Of a stretch of 64,000 nt of DNA, positions 1-9,798 are shown piece after piece; the stretch's first letter is position 1, and every line of letters begins with the position of its first letter. The DNA is taken from assembly GCA_009103225.1 (NCBI GenBank), contig RHPI01003020.1, positions 81,525-145,524 on the forward strand, read 5' to 3'. The DNA is from Chlorokybus atmophyticus (Eukaryota; Plantae; Mesostigma and Chlorokybus algae). A model generated the notes under the pieces. It had not been told where the DNA came from and made no database searches. It worked only from the letters and a program-made list of their open reading frames with translations. Position numbers and translations under genes: made by a program.

Positions 1-611
1 CCCCCCCCCCCCCCTCCCCCCTCCCCCCATCCTTTCAAACTTCCCTCCTAACACGTGTCTCGTCCACACTTACACCCAACCACAGGTCCCCATCGCTTCC
101 CCTCCGCCCAGCGGAGCGGTACGACGGCCGTATCGCCCCTCTCTCACACCTTGCCACATCTGACATCTCACCTGCTCTTCTTTCATCATGCGCGCCAGCC
201 GAAGCACTCACAGCGACGTGTTTCACGCGCCGTTCGCGAGCGCGTTCGTCACGCCCCTGCAAATGCGAAATGCGGGGACAAGTGGGCGAGCATTGTGATC
301 CGATATGGCAGAGCGCACTTGCAGATAACGATCAAGGGATTGGAGACATTGGAGTTGAACTTCGAGGTGAGAGAGAGAGAGAGTCATTGTCTTATTGATA
401 GGATGTACTGTCGGGCCTGGCAGGGTCGTGTGCTTCTCCGGGTCGCTCCCAATTGTATTGCCATAATGGGGGATGAGGCCAGCCTGGTAGACTGTTGGTT
501 GTGTGTATGTAGCTGCACAGTACAAAAGGCAGAGAATACCCCGCTGTCTGTACCTACCCATGAGAGAAACACATGTGAGGCTGACAACATGTGGTACAAT
601 GTGGTGCTGTG

Positions 612-1028
612 TGTTTACATACACACGTGCAAGTGACATGCCAACAACATCAACACAAGAGCATGACTGCTACTGCCATTAATGCCATACAAGTCCAGGG
701 GTTTTATACCCCGCCAGTTTCTACACACGTCTACATTTGCAAGCACCGCGTGCACAATACTCGGCCTTTTAACGCGCTCTAACTTGCGCTGTTTAGCTCA
801 CGACCAGAGCTTTTCAACAAGCTAAGCCACGCCTGCGAAGCTTACGTATCCACAAAGCTACACGGTTTCTCCCAACGCTCTACTCAGCATCTGGTCCGGA
901 GTCCGTCCTGGCTCGACCATCTTGCTAAGTCTGAAATTCACGTGCTCAGCCCATACCTTCGACTCTCGACTCTTGTGTAGAGGGCAAGCTGACTGGATAC
1001 AAGCATCACCCATGTGATACCTTCAACA
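612..1028 (-). repeat. 3' LTR of copia element A
   Basis: Plus strand reads tgtttacatacacacgtg...gataccttcaaca; aligns with 2713-3128 at about 20 substitutions by eye. Confidence 0.9.
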
Positions 1029-1161
1029 CTCCCACGCGGGCAGCTTGGTCATCAACACCGCCAACATATTCGCAATCCTTGCTTCTCTTCTTCTTTCGAA
1101 CGATGGCATAGGAGCTCTTTACCTCCTCTTGCTCCAGCTCCTCCACGCTTCCCTCCAAAGC

Positions 1162-2585
1162 TTAAAACTTGTTTGTAGAGAACACCTTGTCCTTCACAGC
1201 AACTCGGGCCCCTTGGTTGGCCTTCAACTTCTTGCCCTTGTCTCTGTGATGCTCTTGATGCACGTGCTCCTTGCTAACCTTCACTTGCTGCACCTTGCTC
1301 GCCAGCGCTTCCTTGTAGCTCTTTGCAGCTCCCACGGGCTCCGAGCTCCTTGTGACAGCAACCTTCTGTACCTCCTCCTTGTTGCCATGGCCTTGAGGTG
1401 TCTTAAACGCTGTCCTCTCGACCACCCTTGTCTTTGCAACAACCTTATGCGCACCGTCCTCCTCCACATAGTAGAGTCCACCCCTGTTAATGCCTACTAC
1501 ATGCGTGACACCGCCAAGCTCTATACGAGCCTTGTCCGCATTAAACACAGCCCTTGCACCAACTATCGTGGCTCTACGTATTGAGAACAAACTAGCATAT
1601 GCACGTGGCACATACAGTACAACCCTAAGCACAACCTCTTTCACCATACAACCAACCTTGCACCTCACATTGGCATCTCCCTTTGCAACAGCTTCCAGCA
1701 TCTGCCGGTTCCCAAAATCCACCGTAACTGGCTCAGGTAAATGAGTGAGGTTGGTGAGCTTGCTCCTGTCGCTCGTAAGGTGTCTGTTTGCTCTCGTATG
1801 TAGCACCCACCCAAGATACTCCGCTCCCTCATCCGATGCATGGAAAGCAACTGCTCGCTGCTCACCATCAGCCTTCTTCAACTTGGGACACTTCATCTTG
1901 ATGTGACCACGTTCCCCGCAATGCCAACACTCCACGTTGCTGCTTCGTGTGCCCTTCTTCACATGCCTCGATGAAGTCGCGAAGGCCACAGCACCTCCAG
2001 GTGCTCCCTCACCAACATCGTCCTCCTTCCTCAAGCGCTGCTCTTCTTAAAGAAGCATTGGTGTCACCCCATCCATTGACAAGTCCTCCTTCCCAGACTC
2101 CAAGATAGTGACAACAACCCTGTACTCTTTAGGCAAACCTGAGAGCACAGCCCACACCACCTTAACTTCCTTGAGCTCGTGGCCAACACCCAGCAAGTCC
2201 CTCCACAACGCTTTCGCTCACGCCATGAACTTGACAATGGGCTCCCCGCTCTCCTTGCGCAATGAGTTGAGCTCCTGCCTCAGCTGCAGTCTCCTCGCCA
2301 TGTTGCGCGACATGAAGTGGCTATCCAACTTCATCCAAAGCATTATGCTCCTGTGCACTCTTGCACTCCTTCACCAGCACTAGGTGATGATCAGCCATGT
2401 GCAAGCCTATAAAAGATAAAGCTTTTCTCCCTTGTGTTGCTAGACACTCGCTTCGCCTACAGGGCCTCCGCTGGATCCACATACTTCCACAGCTCCTTGT
2501 GGGCCAATAGTAGCTCCATCTTCACGCTCCAAATGTTGTAGTTATCAACGTCCAGTGGTTCAATTGTGAACTTCAAGCCGTCCAT
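1162..2585 (-). pseudogene. gag-protease pseudogene of element A with a K/V/E/Q-rich non-integrase tail
   Basis: ATG at 2585, then in-frame stop and frameshifts in gag. ORF 1162-2034 carries a CCHC knuckle and the copia protease region, then a tail containing EPVGAAKSYKEAL. Confidence 0.8.
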
Positions 2586-2699
2586 GCTTGTGGCCGTGGT
2601 TGCCCCTCTGCTACTTGCAGACCTTACAACCTACTCCACACCAAGCAACTACAGCTACTCACACAATCGTAACACACTCTATCAACCTACACAAGCATG

Positions 2700-2712
2700 T
2701 GGGCCCATAACC
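2700..2712 (-). promoter_or_regulatory. Primer-binding site GGTTATGGGCCCA (internal half-tRNA-iMet type)
   Basis: Directly abuts the 5' LTR end on the minus strand; same motif as the Drosophila copia PBS, which pairs with an internal part of tRNA-iMet. Confidence 0.85.
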
Positions 2713-3128
2713 TGTTGACATACACACGTGCAAGTGACACGCCAACAACATCGACACAAGAGCATGACTGCTACTGCCATTAATGCCATACAAGTCCAGG
2801 GGTTTTATACCCCGCCAGTTTCTACACACGTCTACATTTGCAAGCACCGCGTGCACAATACTCAGCCTTTTAACGCGCTCTAAGTTGCACTGTTTAGCTT
2901 ACGATCGGAACTTTTTAACAAGCTAAGCCACGCCTGCTAAGCTTACGTATTCACAAAGCTACGCGGTTTCTCCCAACGCTCTACTCAGCATCTGGTCCGG
3001 AGTCCGTCCTGGCTCGACCATCTTGCTAAGTCCGGAGTCCACGTGCTCAGCCCATACCTTCGACTCTCGACTCTTGTGTGGAGGGCAAGCTGACCGGATA
3101 CAAGCATCACCCATGTGATACCTTCAAC
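2713..3128 (-). repeat. 5' LTR of copia element A
   Basis: Plus strand reads tgttgacatacacacgtg...gataccttcaaca; TGTTG/CAACA termini. Confidence 0.9.
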
Positions 3129-4565
3129 AACTCCACCATTCAGCTTGAAGACATATCCAGTGGTTGACCTTTTGGTATCCAGGTCACCAGCATAATCTGC
3201 ATCACAATAGCCTTGCAACTCCTGATTGCCCCGCCCATACTGGATGCCAACTGTTGCTGTCCTTGACAAGTAGCGCAGTACTCCTTTTGCTGCCAACCAA
3301 TGCTGCATTGTTGGAGCAGACATGTACCTTGCCAATTGTCCCACAGCATGTGCAATATCAAGCCGAGACGCTTTGGACAGGTAGAGAAGGCTCCCCACAA
3401 GCTTGCAGTAGGGATACTTTGCGTTGTTCAGCTCTTCATCACTGTCCAGTGCTCTCACCAACTGAACTCCCACGCTCAGTGGCACCTCTCTGACAATCGT
3501 GTTGTCAAGATCAAACTTTGTCACCAGCTGCTTCACCGCTTGCTCTTGCAAAATGGTGATGGTTCCAGCAGCTCTGTCTCTAGTGACAACCATACTCAAG
3601 AAGTATGTTGTCTCTCCCCAAATCTCTGCACTCAAACACAGCCTGTAGCTGAGTCTTCACTCGCTGCACCCCTGACATTCTTGACGCTGCAATTAGAATG
3701 TCGTCCACGTAAACCAACAACCACACTTGCTTGCTCTCGTCGCAAAACAAGCTTTGATCTACCAAACGTGCAGTAAACCCCTGCTTCTGGAGCTCCTTGC
3801 ACAGTCTTGCATGCCACACCCGTGGTGCCTGCTCAAGCCATGCAATGCCTTTACCAATCCGCATGCTGTACCAGGTGGCCCCTCCTGATACCCTCTTGAT
3901 TCCTGAATGTAGATTCTCTCTTCCAGCTCCCCATACAGAAACGCTGACTTGACATCCAAGTGATGGAACTCCAGGTTGTCTGCTGACACAACTGCCATCA
4001 CAGCTCTGAAGGCTGCCAACTTCCCCGCCGGTGCAAACACCTTATTAAAGTCAACTCCTTCTTGCTGCAGAAAAAACCCTTTGGCAACCAATCTGGCCTT
4101 GTACCTTTCAATATTACCATTGCCGTCCCTCTTCACCTTGAACACCCACTTAACAGGAATAGGCTTGACCCCGGCAAGTGGAACTTCAATTTTCCATGTT
4201 GCGTTGGCATGCAGCGAGGCTATCTCTTCATCCATTGCCTGACGCCAATTGTCTGCATTAATACTCAGGAGTGCTTCTTCATATGTCGCTGGCTCCACAT
4301 TCTATGAGTCTGAGCCCGCCATAGCCAAACTCCTTATAAAAACGAACAGGACCCTTCATGTCGCGCCCAGGTTAATGCCCCCTTTGCTGTTGGTTTTGCT
4401 CCTGCTGATGACTCCTCTCATCTTTGCGCAGCGCTGCTCACTTTTGTAGGGCTGAGCTCCCTTTTTGAATCAGAATCACTGTCCACCAAATATGGAACAG
4501 TCGTTGCTGTGCTGAACTCAGGCTGTTGTTGATCATCATCAGTGCATTCGTCTTTTGATAAATCG
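3129..4565 (-). mobile_element. Ty1/copia pol fragment (element C): integrase-RT linker, RT and start of RNase H, frameshifted
   Basis: Motifs EPATYEEAL, KWVFKVK, YKARLVAKGF, DVKSAFLYGELEE, LLVYVDDILI, GYCDADYAGDLDTKRSTTGYVF. Cut at KLNGGV by the LTR at 3128. Confidence 0.9.
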
Positions 4566-4829
4566 CTGCGTAGGCTATACTCAGCCTTTTTACGCACTCT
4601 AAGCTGCGTTGTCTTCCTTACAACCAGAGCTTTACAACAAGCTCTTACACGCCTAATATGAGTAAGTATACGCGGAGATACAAAGCAGTTAGTAAGGCTC
4701 CTGTATGGAGTCCGGAGTCTGGTCCGACGACGCCATCTTGCTCAAGTCCGGACCTAGTGCTCGTCCTTACAACCTTCTACTCATGTGTGGAGGGTCGATG
4801 CTGATCGTATGTAGGAATGACTCTCAACA
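4566..4829 (-). repeat. Truncated 3' LTR of element B
   Basis: Matches ~9536-9798 (ctgcgta.gctatactcagc...gactctcaaca); the distal ~160 bp are missing. Confidence 0.85.
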
Positions 4830-7800
4830 CTCCCACGCAAGCAGCTTGACCTCCAACGCTTGCTCCTGTAGTCAATCACAGATGCCAAGTCCTGCGCAAC
4901 AAGTCTTGAACTTGAGCAGTGACAATGGCTTTGTCATCAAGTCCGCCAGCATGCCCTCGGTGTTGCAATACTGGAACTCCACGTCCTTCCTTGTGACTCA
5001 GTCACGCACAAAGTGATGCATAACATCAATGTGCTTCGTCCTTGCTGAGGCAATAGGGTGCTTCAACAACTTGATGGCTCCTTGGTTGTCACAATAGATG
5101 ACGAAGCACGCCATGGGTGCTCCAAGTTTGCCATGAGTTTGCAAAGCCAGAGTGCCTCCTTCACTGCTGCTGCCGCTGCCATGTACTCAGCCTCTGATGT
5201 AGATGCTGCTATTGTTGGCTGCAGCCTGCTGTTCCAGCTCACCACGCCTCCCTTCAGCTTGAAGACGTAGCCTGTAGTGGACCTTTTGCTGTTAAGGTCA
5301 CCAGCAAAGTCCGAGTCGCAGTAGCCCTCAAACTCAGTGCTCCCGCTCTCAAACTTGATGCCAACTGTTGCACTCCCAGCAACATAGCGTAGTACTCCTT
5401 TTGCTGTTCTCCAGTGCTCCATGCTCGGTGCAGACATGTAGCGAGCAAGTACTCCCACATCATGTGCAACATCGGGACGTGTGCACAGTGCCAGATAGAG
5501 CATGCTGCCTACCAGCTCACCATATGGATATTGAGCCTTGTCGAGTACCTCCTCATCTTGATGAGGGCAGTGCCAAGTGTGAACGGTGTGGTCTTGGTCT
5601 TCGCTTCAGTGAGCCCAAAGTTGGTGACGAGTCTTCTCACCATCTGCTCCAAACTGATCTTAATTATGCGTGCAGCCCTGTCGCGCTCAATCACCATGCC
5701 AAGGAACACTTCGCCTCTCCAACATCACGAACTGAGAATGCTTGCTGTAGAGCAAGTTTCGTCTCCTGCAGGTGGTGCACCTGCCTGGCGGTAATGATGA
5801 TGATATCATCAACATACACGAGCAGCCAGACCTTGTTGTCTGCATGGATGAAGAGCCCAGGGTCTGCAGAGGATGCGGTGAAGCCAAGTGCCTCCAGCTC
5901 CTTGGTGAGCTTGATGTGCCACATACGCGGTGCCTGTCGCAACCCGTACAGAGCCTTGATCAGCTTGCACGCTGTGCCTCTCTCCCCTTCTTCATATCCA
6001 GGTGGTTGCAAGATGAAAATCTCCTCCTCCAGCTCTCCGTAGAGGAAGGCAGTCTTCACATCCAGGTAATGCAGCTCTAGGTCTTCAGCAGCAACCATAG
6101 CTAGCAGTGCACGAAAGGTGGTATGCTTACTTGCAGGTGCAAACACTTCGTTGAAGTCCACACCTTCCTGCTGCAGGAAGCCCTTTGCCACCATTCCTGC
6201 CTTGTAGCGCTCAATGTTGCCCTGACCATCACGCTTCACCTTGAAGACCCATTTCACTGGAATGGTCTTCACTCCTTGCGGTAACTGCTCCAGTGACCAA
6301 GTGTTGTTGGCATGGAGTGACGCAATCTCCTCGTCGATAGCACGCTGCTGTTGAAGGTATTACATGGGTGATGCTTGTATCCGGTCAGCTTGCCCTTCAT
6401 ATAGGAGTCGAGGGTCGAAGGTACCATGAAGAAGCGCGTGGACTCCAGACTTAGCAAGACGGTCGAGTCATGACGGACTCCGGACCAGGCTGCTTGGTAG
6501 AGCCTTGGGAGAAATTGCGTAGCTTCGTGGATACGTAAGCTTAGCAGGCGTGGCTTAGCTTGTTAGAAAGCTCTTGTTATAAGCAAGGCAGCTTAGCTTA
6601 CAGAACAGCAATCGGCTGAGTATAGCGCACGCGGTGCTTGCCAATGTAGACGTGTGTAGAGATTGGCGGGGTATAAAGCCCAAACTTGTTGCAATGAAGA
6701 TAAGAGGTCACGATGTAGCATGTGTGCGGATGCTATGGCGGCAGTAGCAGTCATGCTCTTGTGTTGATGTTGTTGGCGTGTCACTTGCACGTGTGTATGT
6801 CAACAGCTGCCATTGCTCCGCATCTAGTGCTAACAATGCCTCCTCATAGGTGCTTGGCTCCTCATTGTGCACACTGGCGACGTGTGCCTTGTGTAAGAAG
6901 TCATGTGCCTTTCTCTCCCTCATTGGGTATCTCCAAGCTGCGTGCTCCTGCTGCAGGTGCGACTGCTTGTCTGCTACAGTAGAGTCCTGCTTACCCTTAT
7001 CGTCGATGATGGCCTTGCCTGCAACTCCCCCTTTCGTAGGAAGTTCCTCCGGCTGTGCTTCATCTTCATCTCGAGGAAAGAAGCCTGCTTCTGGTTGTGA
7101 TAATCCCTTGTGGAAAACCACCTCCCTGCTCACGATGATTTTAAGAGTCTCTTCGAGCAAGATTCTGTAAGCCTTGGGACCCGGTTCATAGCCAACAAAG
7201 ATGCCCTTCTTGATGACCGGCTCCAGCCTGTGCCTGAGCTGTTTAGGCACTAGTGCATATGGCGTGCATCCAAACACACGCATACCACTTACATCTGGTG
7301 TGGCTCCATAGAAGTGCTCCCACGGAGTCTTCTGCTCTGAGCTTACCGGAGACCAATTGCGGATGTAGTTGGCAGTGAGTACCGCCTCCTTCCACATTTT
7401 GTCTTCCATCTTGGTGTCATTGAGCATGGCTCGAACACGCTCCAAAAGTGTCCTGTTGAGGCGTTCAGCTGCTCCATTCTGCTGCGGGGTGTAGGGTGCC
7501 GTTGTTTCGTGGCGTATGCCCTTGCTGGCAAAGAACTCCTTCAACTCCTTGTTGATGTACTCCCCTCCTCGATCACTCCTCATTGCCTTCACCTTGTTAC
7601 CAGACTGGGTCTCCAATAAGGCCACAACTGTGCGCACAGCTCCAGCAACTTCAAACTTCAGTGTCAGCGGAAAGATGACGGATAGCTTGCTGCAGTCGTC
7701 AAGGAATGTAGCAAAGTACGTGACCCCTCCCTTCGCCACAATGCGCATAGGGCCACAGACATCCATGTGCACAAGCTCGTAAGGATGCTGACTGCTTGAA

Positions 7801-9245
7801 GAGGATGGTGGGAATGGCATAGCATGCTGCTTTGCAACCAGGCATGGTTCACAAAATGCACCTGATGCATTCTTGAGTTCTTCTGTGCTGAGATGGATGC
7901 CCTTGACCATCTTCTCAACGACAAGGCGAGTGAGGTTGACGTAGCTGAGATGCCCGAACCTTCGATGCCACAATGTTGGCGACTCCTTGTCCTTCACCAC
8001 CATAGCTTGAATGTCAATGTTCTTAGGGTGCTGCTCCACGTGGTAGAGCCCTCCCGGATCAGTGATACCAACCATGTGCACGACCCCATCAAGGATGCCT
8101 ATGCAGCCACCTTTTCGAAATAGGATCTCCGCGCCTAAGCGCTCCGCAACCCTCACAGAGAATAGACTCGCAATAGCCTTGGGAACATGCAGGACGTTGC
8201 GTAACAACACCTCGCGTAGTGTGTTACCAACCTTGCACTGGAGTCGTACATTGCCAACTCCCTCAGCCACCAGTACTTCGCCACCGAAGCCCGCCACCTT
8301 GATTGTGGACGTCAGCTTCCTGTAGCCCTCCATCACCTCCTGGTTTGGTGTGAGATGACGATTGCAGCCAGAGTCCACCACCCAGAAAGCTGTGCTCGCC
8401 CTCGAACTGGATGCAGTAAAGGCGACATGTTTCTCCTTGTGTTGGTGCTCGTCGCCGCTGTTGCTGGTGCTTGCTCTAGGTTGCCCCAGTTGTTTCTTCC
8501 TACAGTCCTTCACAATGTGCCCCTTCCAACCACACCAGTGGCATGTGAGGTCGTTGTGACGAGGATTGCCTGGCTTGTTGCCCTTGTAGTTCTCTTCATG
8601 GTTGCTCTTCTTTGCGTGCTTGCCGTTGTAGAAGGCGACGGCATCCGCTTGCTCATCCTTCTTCACAACCCTCTGCTCCACGGTGAGCAGGTTTGGTAGC
8701 ACATTGTCCAATGTCAACTCCAATGATGACGTCTCCAGCAGGGTTGCGACGACCTCGTACTCTGCTGGTAGCCCTGCAACAATGGCCAGCACTACCTCCG
8801 TCTCCCCCATATTATGGCCGACGTTGATGAGGTCCGCCCACACCTCTCTCGCGCGTGCAACATACTTCGTGATGGGTTTTGCTGCCTCCTTCCTGAGTGC
8901 GCTGAGCTGCTTGCGTAGATGCAACTTTCTGGCATTGTTCTTGGCTCTGGAAAGGCTGATAGCTTTTCCCAAGCTTGTTTACCATCTTCACATGCAGTAA
9001 GCATGGGAAAGTGATGCGGTTTGCAATTCAACACAAGCAAAGAGTGTGCTTCCGAATGCTTTAACCACACAGTATGAATGCTCTAACCACACAGTATTCG
9101 CTCCTGGTGTTGGTGGTGGTGCCTTTGGATCAACGTACTTTCACACCATTTTGTGGATGAGCAAGGCCTTCATCTCCACGCACCATGTGTTGTAGTTGTC
9201 GGTGTCCAGCTTTGCAATCTGCCCCCTGTCGTAGGTCGCCTCCAT
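4830..9245 (-). pseudogene. gag-pol pseudogene of element B
   Basis: MEATYDRGQIAKLDTDNYNTW (gag), CHWCGWKGHIVKDC, WVVDSGCNRHLT (PR), LWHRRFGHLS, HMDVCGP, RSDRGGEY and NGAAERLNRTL (INT), LLVYVDDIII (RT), GYCDSDFAGD and STSEAEYMA (RH); several frameshifts. Confidence 0.9.
6349..6805 (+). mobile_element. Solo LTR of the element-A family inserted in element B pol, with 5-bp TSD GCTGC
   Basis: TGTTG...CAACA, reverse complement of the element-A LTR with a ~40-bp extra block. GCTGC at 6344-6348 and 6806-6810. Removing it restores EQWQRAIDEEIASLHANNTW. Confidence 0.92.
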
Positions 9246-9360
9246 CTCTGTCGTGCCTGCCTTCCTTGCAGATGACACCCAAGGCTGTGCTACAAACAAG
9301 CTACCGTAGTGTAGAACTACTAATGCACACAAGCTGGTCTCACACTCCTCAAGCGTAGTG

Positions 9361-9373
9361 TGGGCCCATAGCC
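9361..9373 (-). promoter_or_regulatory. Primer-binding site GGCTATGGGCCCA (half-tRNA-iMet type) of element B
   Basis: Abuts the 5' LTR end; one mismatch to the element-A PBS. Confidence 0.8.
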
Positions 9374-9798
9374 TGTTGAAGGACTAGCATGCACATGTAG
9401 ATGAGGCAAGCATGGATGCACAGAGACAGAGCTACCGCCACCAGAGCATACACAAGTCACATCACATTCATCTATTACAAGTTGTCCGCTGGTTCTTATA
9501 CCAGCCGGTTACACACACGTCTACGTTTGCAAGCACTGCGTAAGCTATACTCAGCTTTTTAACGCGCTCTAAGCTGCGTTGTCTTTCTTACAATCAGAGC
9601 TTTCCAACAAGCTCTTATACGCCTAATACGAGTAAGTATACGCAAAGATACAAAGCAGTTAGTAAGGCTCCTGTCTGGAGTCCGGAGTCTGGTCCGACGA
9701 CGCCATCTTGCTAAGTCCGGACCTAGTGCTCGTCCTTACGACCTTCTACTCTTGTGTGGAGGGTCGATGCTGATCGTATGTAGGAATGACTCTCAACA
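9374..9798 (-). repeat. 5' LTR of element B (425 bp)
   Basis: TGTTG...CAACA termini; shares sequence blocks with the element-A LTR. Confidence 0.9.

Larger units (their letters stand above)
612..3128 (-). mobile_element. Non-autonomous Ty1/copia LTR element (element A): two LTRs, PBS, decayed gag + protease, no integrase/RT (TR-GAG-like)
   Basis: Two ~417-bp direct repeats with TG...CA ends (612-1028, 2713-3128). PBS lies next to the right LTR and a purine-rich GTGGGAG precedes the left LTR on the minus strand. Internal ORF pieces: gag start MDGLKFTIEPLDVDNYNIWSVKME, zinc knuckle CWHCGERGHIKMKC, degenerate protease WVLHTRANRHLT. Confidence 0.85.
4566..9798 (-). mobile_element. Near full-length decayed Ty1/copia element B (gag-PR-INT-RT-RH) with truncated 3' LTR and a nested solo LTR
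   Basis: 5' LTR 9374-9798, partial 3' LTR 4566-4829, PBS 9361-9373, copia domain order in the minus-strand ORFs. Confidence 0.9.

Noticed and set aside
35-611. ORFs at the window start (55-636, 223-639)
   Set aside because: Overlapping frames with no recognisable domain; possibly a gene end cut by the LTR, but unsupported.
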